DNA of 64,000 nt from Verrucomicrobiota bacterium (GTDB lineage: Bacteria; Verrucomicrobiota; Verrucomicrobiia; Opitutales; Seribacteraceae), in assembly GCA_027622665.1 (NCBI GenBank), contig JAQBYT010000017.1:1-64000 (forward strand), in the 5' to 3' direction. Below are positions 47,948 through 58,169 of this stretch, piece by piece; positions within the stretch are counted from its first letter, which is position 1, and the number at the start of each line of letters is the position of its first letter. The position numbers were made by a program, and so were the translations under genes. The notes under the pieces are model-generated. The model ran no database searches and had not been told where the DNA came from. It saw only the letters and a list, made by a program, of their open reading frames with translations.

Positions 47948-48811
47948 ATGGACTTCGTCAACGAGAAAACGTTCGAGAAATCACCAGTTTGTATTTTGCT
48001 CGACAACGGTTCCCTGAAACCAAGCGCCATTCTGGCTCTTCGACGAGTGGCCGATCAATTGGCGTTGCGCACGAATTTAGATTTCCATGCCGCTGGTCTG
48101 CTTCATTCAGGCAAGGTGGATGCTTCCCATTTGGATGGTCGACCCGCTCGTGTATTCGTGGAGGCGATGCAGGAGTTGCTGGAGGAGGGACATCGAGACT
48201 TCCTTCTCCTGCCTTTTTTTCTCGGGCCTAGTCTCGGCATCGTGGATTGGCTTCCTCGGAAATTGGAAGTCTTTCACAATAACTTTCATGGCCTAAAGGT
48301 TAAGGTAGCCCCTTCTTTGTTTGGAGATGGGGCCGGAGCAGAGTCTTTGGCTTCGGCGATTAGGGATCGGGTGGGGGAGGTCGTGCAACGGGAGGGATTG
48401 CGACGTCCTTTTGTAGCCCTTGTCGATCATGGGACTCCCGCAATAGCAGTGAACGAGGTTCGCGAGCGGGTGGCCGAGATTGCCGAGTCCTTGCTTGGTC
48501 GCGAGGTTGCGGGCCTTGCGAGTTGCTCGATGGAGCGACGGGCTGAACCTGAATACGACTTCAATGATCCCCTCTTGGCGAACTTGTTGCAGGATCGAAA
48601 CATAGTGCCTGCGGGCGACGTCGTGGTCGCCTTGCTTTTTCTGTCTCCGGGAAGGCATGCAGGGGCCGGGGGCGACGTCGAGGTGATCTGCGAGGAGGTG
48701 CGACGAGACAGGGATGACTTACGAACGTTTTTGACGGAACCGTTGGGGGAGCATCCGGCAATTGTCGACCTCTTGGAGCAACGTGTCCGGGAATGCCTTG
48801 ACGCGGATTGA
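47948..48811 (+). CDS. CbiX/SirB-family tetrapyrrole chelatase-like protein
   Basis: LDNGSL, LPFFLGPS, VDHGTP, FLSPGRHAG, PLGEHP. Confidence 0.8.
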   Translation: MDFVNEKTFEKSPVCILLDNGSLKPSAILALRRVADQLALRTNLDFHAAGLLHSGKVDASHLDGRPARVFVEAMQELLEEGHRDFLLLPFFLGPSLGIVDWLPRKLEVFHNNFHGLKVKVAPSLFGDGAGAESLASAIRDRVGEVVQREGLRRPFVALVDHGTPAIAVNEVRERVAEIAESLLGREVAGLASCSMERRAEPEYDFNDPLLANLLQDRNIVPAGDVVVALLFLSPGRHAGAGGDVEVICEEVRRDRDDLRTFLTEPLGEHPAIVDLLEQRVRECLDAD

Positions 48812-48842
48812 CCTTCCCTTAGTTCCCCTTCAACTTTTCCCC

Positions 48843-49940
48843 ATGAAACTCAAACGAAATTCGAGAATGAGCAAAGCCTCCCTGCTTCTTTCCTTTCTGC
48901 TCGGTCCTTTTTCAACTGGAGAGGCTTGGGCCGATCTTCGCTTGTACCTGGCTAATCGCCGCGACGATTCTCTTATGCGTTTCGACATGGACGAAACCTC
49001 GGGAGAACTTACTCTACTCCAGACTCTCAAGCTGGAAGGAGAGCCTGCCCCCATGTGCGTGAGTCCAGACCAACATACTCTCTACGTCGCAAGGCGCAAG
49101 GCGGAGAAGGTGTCGGCTTTTTCGATTTCCCCCAAGGACGGTTCCTTGACATTGATTTCGGAGACGTCGATCCCCGGCGAAGGCGGGGCTTGCTACCTCT
49201 CGACTGATCGTTCGGGCAATTTTCTCCTTTCTGCTTATTACTCCGAGGGCAAGGTAGCCGTGCACAAATTAAGCGAGAACGGTTCCGTGAACAAGGGAGC
49301 CCTCCAGACGATTACCACCGAAAAGAACGCCCACTGCATCCTTCCCGATCATCGCAATCGACTTGTCCTCGTGCCTCACACAGGTCCAAACGCAGTTTAC
49401 CAGTTCATTCTTGACGAGAAGACGGGCAAGTTAAGTCCAAGTAAGCTCGCGAAGTACGTGCCCGAAAAAAAATTATCGCCGCGTCACGTTGCTTATCATA
49501 CGGACGGGAAGTTTGTATATGTGGTAAACGAAGGTAGTTCTTCCGTCACGGCTTGCCTCCTGAAGGACGATGCCATCCATCCCATTCACACTCTTTCCAC
49601 CTTACCCGCCGACTTCAAGGAACGCAACTCCTGCGCCGACGTGGAGGTGCATCCTTCGGGGAAGTATCTTTATTGCTCGAATCGAGGTCACGACAGCGTG
49701 GCCATGTTCTCCATCGATGAAAAGACGGGCCGTCTCACTTCCCTCGGTCAAGAGCACACGGAGAAAGTGCCTCGATCCTTTAACGTAGACCCAACGGGCA
49801 AGTTCTTGGTCGCCGCCGGTCTTGGGGCGAATAAGCTTACCGTCTTTCGAATCGATTTAAGCACGGGTAAACTGAAGCCGCTCAAGACCTACGACGTAGG
49901 CAAGGGCCCGACGTGGGTGCAGATTATAAAGCAAGGGTGA
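48843..49940 (+). CDS. Lactonase family protein (6-phosphogluconolactonase-like)
   Basis: AHCI, PRHVAYH, YCSNRGHDS, PRSFNVDP. Confidence 0.9.
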   Translation: MKLKRNSRMSKASLLLSFLLGPFSTGEAWADLRLYLANRRDDSLMRFDMDETSGELTLLQTLKLEGEPAPMCVSPDQHTLYVARRKAEKVSAFSISPKDGSLTLISETSIPGEGGACYLSTDRSGNFLLSAYYSEGKVAVHKLSENGSVNKGALQTITTEKNAHCILPDHRNRLVLVPHTGPNAVYQFILDEKTGKLSPSKLAKYVPEKKLSPRHVAYHTDGKFVYVVNEGSSSVTACLLKDDAIHPIHTLSTLPADFKERNSCADVEVHPSGKYLYCSNRGHDSVAMFSIDEKTGRLTSLGQEHTEKVPRSFNVDPTGKFLVAAGLGANKLTVFRIDLSTGKLKPLKTYDVGKGPTWVQIIKQG

Positions 49941-49982
49941 CAGACCGCTTCTGCTCCGGCGCGAAGCCTACTCGAACGATTC

Positions 49983-51023
49983 GTGATTAAAATCCCCGAG
50001 CAAGGTTTCGCCGACGTCGAGGCTTTGGAAGACCATCTTTCCGAGCCATCCGAGTCCCTTGTTGCCGAACTTGCCGAAGTTTCGGGAGATTGGCTCTTCA
50101 TCGGAGCCGGTGGGAAGATGGGCCCGACAATGGCCCGTATGGTCCGCAAGGCTCTCGACCGTGCGGGAAATCCCGTTGGCGTAAGTGCGGTCTCAAGATT
50201 TTCCGATGCTCGTGCGCATAAAAGTTTAAATCTTCACGGCATCGAAACCATTACGGCAGACGTCCTCGACCGCGAGTCCGTGGACAAACTCCCCGATGCG
50301 GCGAACGTCGTCTTCATGCTCGGTATGAAGTTCGGGATAACCACAAATCCCTCCCTAGCCTGGGCGATGAATACGCAGGCCCCTGCCATCGTGGCGCAAC
50401 GTTTTTCCCATGCTCGAATAGTGGCTTTCTCCTCGGGCAACGTGTATCCCTACGTTTCTGTGGAAACCGCCGGAGCAAGCGAGGAAGCACCCACCGAGCC
50501 CGTGAGTGAGTACGGATGGTCTCTCCTTGGTCGTGAGAGAACCTTCGAGCATTTTTCCCGCGTGAACGATATTCCCGTAACCATCGTTCGTTTGAATTAT
50601 TCCGCTGAACCACGTTACGGCGTGCTAGTGGACCTCGCCCAGAGCATTCTCGACCGCGACCCTATCGACCTTTCCATGGGTCACCTCAACTTCATCTGGC
50701 AACGTGACGCCAACGAGCACGCTCTTCGCTCCTTCGGTCTCTCCGCCACTCCACCCGCCATCGTCAACGTAACCGGTGCGGAAGTGCTTGCCGTGCAAGA
50801 CTTGGCGGAACGGTTGGGAGTCGCCCTCGGCATCGATCCTGTTTTGACCGGCGAACCCGCTGCCACCGCACTCCTCAACGATGCCTCCAAGTCCCACCGT
50901 CTCTTTGGTTCGCCCCTCACCTCGACGGATGAGGCTATCCTGGCCGTCGCCCAATGGCTTCAAGCCGGGCATGCCACCTTGGGCAAGCCGACCAAGTTCG
51001 AGGCTCGCGACGGGAAGTTTTGA
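49983..51023 (+). CDS. NAD-dependent epimerase/dehydratase family protein
   Basis: GAGGKMG, FSSGNVY, RLNYS. Confidence 0.85.
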   Translation: MIKIPEQGFADVEALEDHLSEPSESLVAELAEVSGDWLFIGAGGKMGPTMARMVRKALDRAGNPVGVSAVSRFSDARAHKSLNLHGIETITADVLDRESVDKLPDAANVVFMLGMKFGITTNPSLAWAMNTQAPAIVAQRFSHARIVAFSSGNVYPYVSVETAGASEEAPTEPVSEYGWSLLGRERTFEHFSRVNDIPVTIVRLNYSAEPRYGVLVDLAQSILDRDPIDLSMGHLNFIWQRDANEHALRSFGLSATPPAIVNVTGAEVLAVQDLAERLGVALGIDPVLTGEPAATALLNDASKSHRLFGSPLTSTDEAILAVAQWLQAGHATLGKPTKFEARDGKF

Positions 51024-51025
51024 GA

Positions 51026-52108
51026 ATGTCTGCCCATTTACCTCAACCTGATTCCGTAGTTCTCGATTCCCTTCGCGACGGCATCGTCATACCCGCCCAT
51101 CCCTTAGCCCTCACTGCCGAACGGAAACTGGACGAGCAGTCCCAGCGAGCCCTCACTCGGTATTATCTGGATGCAGGTGTCGGAGGCTTGGCCGTGGGCG
51201 TGCACACCACGCAGTTCGCCATTCGCGAACCGCAGCACGGTCTACTACGCCCCGTACTTGAACTGGCTGGAGAAACGGTTCGCGAGCATGAGGAAAAAAC
51301 CGGGAGACGAATCGTTCGCGTGGCTGGGGTTTGTGGACAAACCGAGGACGCCATTCGCGATGCCAAACTGGCCCGCGAACTGGACTACGATTTGGGCCTT
51401 CTCAATCTGTCCGCCTTTCCCGATGCCGAAGACGCTGTCCTGCTCGCCCACGCCCGTCGCATAGCCGAAATTATCCCTCTCTTTGGTTTCTACCTTCAGC
51501 CCGACATCGGCGGGCGTCTCCTGTCGCGGGAGTTTTTTCGTGAATTTGCCACTATTCCGAATCTCATCGCCGTAAAGATGGCCGCCTTCGATCGCGAGCT
51601 TACCCAAGAAGCTATCGAGGGCATCGAAGACTCCGGTCGCGGCGACGAGTTGATTTTGTACACGGGCAACGACAATTTCATTATCGAGGACTTGACCGAG
51701 GGTTACCTCATTCCGACCGCTAACGGTTACACACTCCGCAGAATGGCTGGAGGTCTGCTCGGGCACTGGGCGGTCTGGACAAAGGCCGCCGTGGAGACCT
51801 TGGAGACGATCAAAGCCGCTCGCTCCTACGTGGATTTCGATCCCGCGGTCTTCGCCGAACTCGCCTCGCAGGTCACCGAGATGAACCATCACCTCTTCGA
51901 TTTCGACAATGCGTTCGATGGCTGCATTCCGGGCGTCCACGAAGTCCTCCGCAGTCAAGGCTTAATGGAGGGAACTTGGTGTCTTAATCCGGACGAGATT
52001 TTGTCGGATGGACAAGCCGAAGCCCTCGCCCGCTTATCAAAGGCATATCCACACCTGACTGACGACGCTTTCGTCGTCGAGAACCTAGGCCACTGGCTGG
52101 CGGACTGA
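51026..52108 (+). CDS. Dihydrodipicolinate synthase-like (class I aldolase) family protein
   Basis: IPAHPLAL, AVGVHTTQF, FYLQP, AVKMAAF, YTGND. Confidence 0.85.
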   Translation: MSAHLPQPDSVVLDSLRDGIVIPAHPLALTAERKLDEQSQRALTRYYLDAGVGGLAVGVHTTQFAIREPQHGLLRPVLELAGETVREHEEKTGRRIVRVAGVCGQTEDAIRDAKLARELDYDLGLLNLSAFPDAEDAVLLAHARRIAEIIPLFGFYLQPDIGGRLLSREFFREFATIPNLIAVKMAAFDRELTQEAIEGIEDSGRGDELILYTGNDNFIIEDLTEGYLIPTANGYTLRRMAGGLLGHWAVWTKAAVETLETIKAARSYVDFDPAVFAELASQVTEMNHHLFDFDNAFDGCIPGVHEVLRSQGLMEGTWCLNPDEILSDGQAEALARLSKAYPHLTDDAFVVENLGHWLAD

Positions 52109-52239
52109 ACTTGTCGAGCATTCGCTCGCAATTACTCTGATGCTTTTGCCCGTTTCCTCAAAAAGGCGGCTGTTTGACAGCTATGCTTTCACCGCCAAAT
52201 ATAATGTAATCTATGTTTTCCCGATGAGCGATCTTCCAC

Positions 52240-53229
52240 TTACTTTTCCACCAGCCAGATATTCTGAAAGCGGACCGGGTTGCCGTGCCCTTGAAGATTA
52301 ATTTGGCCCTTTTCCTTTTCCGGTCTTCCGCCGCCGGCTCCGGTGCCCTTGTCCAGTTCGAAGTCATCGTGAATGAGGACCCCGTTGTGGCGGGTGGTGA
52401 TGCGGGCGTTCTTAATTTTTTTGCCGTCTTTGAATCGAGGGGTGGTGAATTCAATGTCGTAGGTTTGCCAGACGAGGGGAGGGAGGCACATGTTCACGGC
52501 GGGTGGCTTCTTGCGATAGAGGGCTCCGCAAAAATTGAACTCTCCCTTTATGCCGAATGAGTCGAGGATCTGGGTCTCGTAGTTGTTGAATATATAGACT
52601 CCGCTATTGCCGCGATCCTGGCTGCCCGGCTTGGTATTCGGTTTGTAGGGGGTACGAAACTCAAGGTGCAGGGTGAAATCGCCGAATGAGTCCATCGACA
52701 CTACGCCTTCTTTTAGTAATTTGCCGTCCAGTTTCTTCCCGTTGGAGAAACGGTCGGCCCCTTTGCCGCCGAAGAGCATCTTTGCCTTCTTGGGCGCTGC
52801 TTTCCCGAGGGTCGGGCTCTTGCGCTCCACCCGGTCGTAGACGAACAGTTTTTCGTCGCCCTTGGTTCCGGTCGCGGTGTCGCCCTGGATGACAACGGTC
52901 GCGCCGTCGGCGCCCGTCAAGGTTGTCTTGCCGTCCTTGGTCTCGCCTTTAAGCAGAACGAATTCGTTGTTCTCGGCACCGCTGCCGGGGAGACCGCCTT
53001 TGTAGAGCGCTGCCTGAAATTTTCCGTCGCCGAGAGCCACGACTTGGAGGCCGTAACCGCGGCTATCTTTTCCGATGGCAGGGGATGCTGCGTATTCGCC
53101 TTGGATGGCGAAGTCGGGATCCTTGGCGGCTTCTTTCGGATCGGTGATGGCATTGCCGGGTTTGGCCGCGTGGAGAATATAAGCCCCCGCAACGAGCAAG
53201 GCGGCGATAAAGGTCATTTTAATCTTCAT
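52240..53229 (-). CDS. DUF1080 (3-keto-disaccharide hydrolase-like) secreted protein
   Basis: DFTLHLEFR, GNSGVY, YETQILDS, WQTYDIEF, LQGHGNPVRFQNIW. Confidence 0.88.
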   Translation of the reverse strand: MKIKMTFIAALLVAGAYILHAAKPGNAITDPKEAAKDPDFAIQGEYAASPAIGKDSRGYGLQVVALGDGKFQAALYKGGLPGSGAENNEFVLLKGETKDGKTTLTGADGATVVIQGDTATGTKGDEKLFVYDRVERKSPTLGKAAPKKAKMLFGGKGADRFSNGKKLDGKLLKEGVVSMDSFGDFTLHLEFRTPYKPNTKPGSQDRGNSGVYIFNNYETQILDSFGIKGEFNFCGALYRKKPPAVNMCLPPLVWQTYDIEFTTPRFKDGKKIKNARITTRHNGVLIHDDFELDKGTGAGGGRPEKEKGQINLQGHGNPVRFQNIWLVEK

Positions 53230-53252
53230 TAGCTTGATGGTGATGAAATTAC

Positions 53253-54479
53253 TTATCCTTTAATGCAAAAAAGATGATTTACGCCTCGAATGTAAAGGCG
53301 TCCATTTGAAAAAGCGGGCGTGGCGAAGGTTTTCTCTCCCACTATGTTTTCAGCGACGATTTCGAAATTGGGGCCTGCTTTTACGACGGTCATGATGCCC
53401 TGGTCCGAGAGGAAGTAAACCAAGCCGTTTGCCTTGAGGAGCGAGGCGCTGTGCCCACCCTTAAGTCTTTCCATCCACAACCTTTCTCCTGTTTTTGCCA
53501 CGAAGCAACTGGCTACGCCGTTGTCGGCCACCACGATAAAGTAGGGCCCGATTGCAACTGGACTTGGCACGTAGGAACAACCCTTGGTCGTTTCCCACAC
53601 GATGTGAGTTTTCGTGACGTTGCCGGACCCGTTGGGGCGAATGGCCTGCATGTAGCGCTTGGGAAATCCACAGGTCATAAAGAGAAGGTCCCCGTTGTAA
53701 ACAAGGGAGGCGACGTATTGTTGGGTGGGTCCGTCGCTGATCCAGTGCTGTTTTCCCGTGTCGGGATCGTAACTGGCTACGCAAAGACTACCCGAGAGGA
53801 TGAGCTGGTTACGACCATCGATGACACGGAGCAAGGGAGTGCAATAACTGCGGGTGTTGTTTGGGCGATCTGTCTTCCAGATTGTCTTCCCCGTCTTCTT
53901 GTCGAGGGCGACCAGATAGCCGGGCCCGTCGTGGTCGCCGTTTATGATTACCTTGTCGTTCCATAGTACAGGTGAAGAACAGTAGCCGTGCATGCTGGCG
54001 AAGACACCTGGTCGCGTTTCCCATAGTTTATTCCCTTCGAGATCGTAGGCGGCGACAAACATGCTCTTTTTGTCGAGGAAGCTCAGGTAGATGCGCTTGC
54101 CGTCGGAGATGGGCGTGCTGGAGGCCCGACTGTTGAGGCGATGGACTCGTTCCAGTGGAGATTTCAATACCACCTTGCGCCACAGTTCTTTACCGCTTTT
54201 TCTATCTAGGCAGAAGAGTTCGCGTGTTTCAGTCTTCTCGATGACTGTGACGACGTAAATACGATCCCCGATGATGATTGGCGAGGCGTGTCCCTTGCCC
54301 GTGATCGGCGTTTTCCATACGAGATTTTCAGGTAACTTCCAGTCTACGGGAGCTTTCGGGTCGCTGACGGTGCCATCCCCCAATGCTCCTCTCCATGCGG
54401 GCCAATCTTCGGCGTAAGCATGGGAGATGAATCCGTTTGCTGCGAAAGCTGCACAGGCTAAAATAAAGAATTTGCTCAT
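53253..54479 (-). CDS. PQQ-binding-like beta-propeller repeat protein
   Basis: Signal peptide, DWPAWRG, GHASPI, YVPSPV, ATPAFSNGRLYIRG. Confidence 0.88.
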   Translation of the reverse strand: MSKFFILACAAFAANGFISHAYAEDWPAWRGALGDGTVSDPKAPVDWKLPENLVWKTPITGKGHASPIIIGDRIYVVTVIEKTETRELFCLDRKSGKELWRKVVLKSPLERVHRLNSRASSTPISDGKRIYLSFLDKKSMFVAAYDLEGNKLWETRPGVFASMHGYCSSPVLWNDKVIINGDHDGPGYLVALDKKTGKTIWKTDRPNNTRSYCTPLLRVIDGRNQLILSGSLCVASYDPDTGKQHWISDGPTQQYVASLVYNGDLLFMTCGFPKRYMQAIRPNGSGNVTKTHIVWETTKGCSYVPSPVAIGPYFIVVADNGVASCFVAKTGERLWMERLKGGHSASLLKANGLVYFLSDQGIMTVVKAGPNFEIVAENIVGEKTFATPAFSNGRLYIRGVNHLFCIKG

Positions 54480-54641
54480 TCTGCTAATTTGTCGGTTGGG
54501 GAGTGTTTTACCAGTCTAAAGCAAGCTTAGGCAAAGCTTTGTCCTTGAAGGTCAATCGGATTGATCTAGGTTTTACTTTGCTCGCTTTATGGTGACTACT
54601 TCCTTTCCCAAGCTTAATAACCAAAGCAATAATTTAATCAT

Positions 54642-56132
54642 ATGAGTTTCGAACCATCTCTCCTAGCTGAAATAAAAGACATTCTGTCCCAAGGAGCAAT
54701 CTCCGGTTTTGCCGGCGGAGAAGAGTTGGCTTCCTCGAGTGGTGAGACCTTTCCCGTATATGATCCGGGAAGCGGAGAAAAACTAGCCGACGTACATAAC
54801 CTACAAGCCGAAGACGTTGATCGAGCGGTGGAGTTGGCCGGCAAAGCTTTCGAAAATGCCCAATGGGCCAACCTTCCCGTCAATGAGCGGTGCGTGTACC
54901 TGCATCGACTGGCCGACGAGGTGGAGAACAGGAAGCCTTTGATTTCTCACTTGGAGTCAATGGACTGCGGCAAGATTCTTGCTCAGGCGGAGGACGACGT
55001 TCAGAACTTCATCGACACCATGCGCTACTTCGCAGATCTCGCCCAGAACATGCAACTGCGGACGGTACTTGCAGTGAAGGGCCATGAGGCTGCCTACGCA
55101 AGGCACCCGTGGGGCGTTTGCGGAAGCATCGTCCCATGGAACTTTCCTTTTCTTCTTTGTGGTTGGGGCATCGCGCCCGCCTTGGCTGCTGGCAACACCG
55201 TGGTAGTGAAGCCTGCCGAGGACACTCCCTTGACCACGCTTTACTTAGCCCGCATGGTAAAGGAAATCGGTTTCCCGGACGGCGTGGTGAACGTTGTGCC
55301 CGGTTTGGGCGGAGTCACGGGAGCAGCTCTTGCAGCAAACTCAAAGCTTTCTCGGATGTCCTTCACGGGGTCACCCGAGGTCGGGCGCCTCGTGGCCGCG
55401 GAATGCGGTCGCAATCTAGTGCCGGTTAAGCTGGAGCTCGGGGGCAAAGGGGCTGCCGTGGTTTTCGACGACGTTGACGTTCCCGAGACCGCTCAAAAGC
55501 TGGTCGAAGCCATTACCTTTCACTCGGGGCAAGTCTGTTGTGACGCTACCCGCTGGCTTGTGCAGAAATCTGTTTACGACGAATTCGTCAATGAGGTTGC
55601 GGAACGTATGAAAAAAGTAGTCATTGGGTATCCTTCCGCCGAGGGATCCGCAATGGGACCCGTGGTGAGCGAAAAACAAAAGTCACGCGTGCTCAGCTAC
55701 CTTAAAAAAGGAGTGGATGAAGGCGCCGAGGTCGTTTTGGAAGGGGGGGCGGCCGAAGTCGAGGGACATTCGGGTGGATATTACGTAAAGCCCGCGCTTC
55801 TTGCGGGTTCACTCGACAACGTTGCCGCACGTGAGGAAATCTTCGGTCCCGTAGCCTATCTCGCACCCTTCGATACCGAGGTGGAGGGACTAGCTAAGGC
55901 AAATGACACCCCTTACGGTCTCGCCAACAGTGTTTGGTCGAGCGACCTTTCTCGCTGTCGGCGAGTGGCCGAGTCGTTCGAGACAGGCAACGGCTGGATC
56001 AACAGCCACAACGTGGTCGTGCATGGCATTCCCTATGGTGGCGTGAAGCAGAGCGGAATGGGTGGCGGCGTAGGTTCCCTGGAGACTCTTCTCGACTATT
56101 ACCGAGGCATCTCGGTCATACGTCCTCTTTAG
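54642..56132 (+). CDS. Aldehyde dehydrogenase
   Basis: PWNFP, KPAEDTP, FTGS, LELGGK, GQVC, EEIFGPV. Confidence 0.95.
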   Translation: MSFEPSLLAEIKDILSQGAISGFAGGEELASSSGETFPVYDPGSGEKLADVHNLQAEDVDRAVELAGKAFENAQWANLPVNERCVYLHRLADEVENRKPLISHLESMDCGKILAQAEDDVQNFIDTMRYFADLAQNMQLRTVLAVKGHEAAYARHPWGVCGSIVPWNFPFLLCGWGIAPALAAGNTVVVKPAEDTPLTTLYLARMVKEIGFPDGVVNVVPGLGGVTGAALAANSKLSRMSFTGSPEVGRLVAAECGRNLVPVKLELGGKGAAVVFDDVDVPETAQKLVEAITFHSGQVCCDATRWLVQKSVYDEFVNEVAERMKKVVIGYPSAEGSAMGPVVSEKQKSRVLSYLKKGVDEGAEVVLEGGAAEVEGHSGGYYVKPALLAGSLDNVAAREEIFGPVAYLAPFDTEVEGLAKANDTPYGLANSVWSSDLSRCRRVAESFETGNGWINSHNVVVHGIPYGGVKQSGMGGGVGSLETLLDYYRGISVIRPL

Positions 56133-56141
56133 GATGCGAGC

Positions 56142-56942
56142 GTGAGAGCAAAAGTCGCCATCGCAGTCGCGGCTCATCCCGACGACATCGAGTTCATGAT
56201 GGGTGGGACACTCCTTCTGTTGAAGCAAGCCGGTTGGGAGATTCATTACTTGAACGTGTCCTCCGGGAATTGCGGAAGCCAAAAGATGAACGCCGAGGAA
56301 ACGGTCCAAGTTCGGAGCGATGAAGCCCAGCGGGCTGCGGAATTGCTTGGTGCGACATGGCATCCTGGGTTTTCCAACGACTTGGGAATTCTCTATGATC
56401 TCGGTCACCTTCGCAAACTTGCCGCCATCCTTCATGAGGTTGCCCCGGACGTCGTGCTCACGCATTCCCCGCAAGATTACATGGAGGACCACGTAAACGT
56501 TTGCCGATTGGCGGTTACGGCGGCGTTCACGCATTCGATGCCCAATTTCGAGACCGATCCCCCAAGGGAGCCTCCCCTAAAGGAGGTTGTCGTCTACCAT
56601 GCCATGCCCTACGGTTTGAGGGACAATCTGCGAAAGAGAGTGGATGCCGGTTTGTTCGTCGACGTGTCGACTGTAGCGGAAGAAAAACTTGCGGCTCTTT
56701 CCGCTCACGAGAGTCAACGCTCTTGGTTGGATGCAAGCCAAGGCCTAGATTCTTATCTGGCCAAAATGGAAGAATTAGATCGTGAAGTGGGAAAACTATC
56801 GGGGCGTTTCGAACGGTCCGAAGGTTGGCGCAGGCATCATCATCTTGGCTTTAGTTCGGAGGACTTGGATCCGCTGGCGGATGCCCTAGGCGAGTTTTGT
56901 TACATTAACGAGGAATACGAAAGGAACTTGGATCATGCCTAG
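56142..56942 (+). CDS. PIG-L/LmbE family deacetylase
   Basis: [22 protein letters not shown]. Confidence 0.9.
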   Translation: MRAKVAIAVAAHPDDIEFMMGGTLLLLKQAGWEIHYLNVSSGNCGSQKMNAEETVQVRSDEAQRAAELLGATWHPGFSNDLGILYDLGHLRKLAAILHEVAPDVVLTHSPQDYMEDHVNVCRLAVTAAFTHSMPNFETDPPREPPLKEVVVYHAMPYGLRDNLRKRVDAGLFVDVSTVAEEKLAALSAHESQRSWLDASQGLDSYLAKMEELDREVGKLSGRFERSEGWRRHHHLGFSSEDLDPLADALGEFCYINEEYERNLDHA

Positions 56943-57864
56943 GAAACTCAGCTGCATTGCTCCCGATTGGTGGGACTACACCACGCTAGAGGATGATTTG
57001 ATCAACGACGCCGCAAAGCTGGCCGAGAAGGATTTGCTTGAATTGTCTCGCCCCGGATTCGAGGTGCGGATGTACGATACTCTGGAGGATTTTTACTTGG
57101 CCGAGGCCTTGGAATACCTCGAGTCATGGAAACAGTCCACGCCCGACAATCCTGCTGGCATTTGCGGACCGATCGGGCCTACCGAGCAGTTGCCTTTGGT
57201 CGCCAGATTGGTCAACGAACTGAGGGTTTCTCTCAAGGACGCGCATTTCTGGGGGATGGACGAGTGGTACGAAGACGGGAAAGAGGTCCCTGCTGATCAC
57301 CCGTTATCCTTTGAAAAGGCGGATCGCGAATTGTGCTTCGACCGTATTCGTGAGGACTTGCGGCCACCTGAGCAAAATCTTCATTTTCCCAAGGCGGACG
57401 TCGCCGCTTATCGGGAAAGCTGGAACGGTGCGCGCTGCGTAGTCATGCAGGGAGGGCAGGGCGACGTGAAGCACTGGGCCTTCAACGATCCCCTGCGTCG
57501 TGAAGGCGCCTATGAGGACGAGCCGCCGAGTCCCGAGGAATACCGCAAGCTTGCCACCCGTGTTGTGGAATTGCATCCCATCACCCTTTCCCAAAACGCA
57601 CGTACCTCGGGAGGCGGGAACGTTACCATGGTTCCGCAACAGGCGATTACGGTCGGACCCCAAGAAACTTGGCAGGCGGAACGGGTCTCCATTTGGCATG
57701 CAGGTACGCACGACAATCCGCTTGGGCAACGCCTTACCGCCTTGATGATCTCAAAGGGTATCGCCGACAGCGCCGTGCCGATGTCACTTCTGGCCGACCA
57801 CCCGAACGTCCGCTTTAACTACTATCGTGGCGGCTTGGGTGCTTGTTCGGTGGAGATGCACTAA
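56935..57864 (+). CDS. Glucosamine-6-phosphate deaminase/isomerase-like protein (divergent NagB fold)
   Basis: [38 protein letters not shown]. Confidence 0.75.
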   Translation: MPRKLSCIAPDWWDYTTLEDDLINDAAKLAEKDLLELSRPGFEVRMYDTLEDFYLAEALEYLESWKQSTPDNPAGICGPIGPTEQLPLVARLVNELRVSLKDAHFWGMDEWYEDGKEVPADHPLSFEKADRELCFDRIREDLRPPEQNLHFPKADVAAYRESWNGARCVVMQGGQGDVKHWAFNDPLRREGAYEDEPPSPEEYRKLATRVVELHPITLSQNARTSGGGNVTMVPQQAITVGPQETWQAERVSIWHAGTHDNPLGQRLTALMISKGIADSAVPMSLLADHPNVRFNYYRGGLGACSVEMH

Positions 57865-58028
57865 AGTTTATCTTGGGAGGCTCAGCCTTTGGGTAGCGAA
57901 AATATTTCGCCGATAAATGTCCTGAAATCGACGCACACTTCTATTCATTTGCTTAAGAATATCGTGACGGAGGCTGTCTTCCCTTGATTTTTTCTTATTT
58001 TGTTATTAATTGATCCAAATTTTTTTTT

Positions 58029-58169
58029 ATGATTACGATCTCGGAAATTGCGTGGTGGCAGGTTCTACAACTGGCGGGTATCTCATCCATTGTCTTTGAG
58101 GCTTTGGAAGGGGAGGAACTTATGAGGGGTGAGGTCTTGGACCTCCTTTTCCGACGCGTTCGATCATGA
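58029..58169 (+). CDS. Candidate 46-aa small ORF overlapping the next start (ATGA)
   Basis: MITISEIAWWQVLQLAGISSIVFEALEGEELMRGEVLDLLFRRVRS*. Confidence 0.3.
   Translation: MITISEIAWWQVLQLAGISSIVFEALEGEELMRGEVLDLLFRRVRS

Noticed and set aside
52174..52205. Consensus TTGACA and TATAAT between convergent genes
   Set aside because: Spacer is 20 nt and no sense gene follows; more likely chance or part of a terminator-like hairpin
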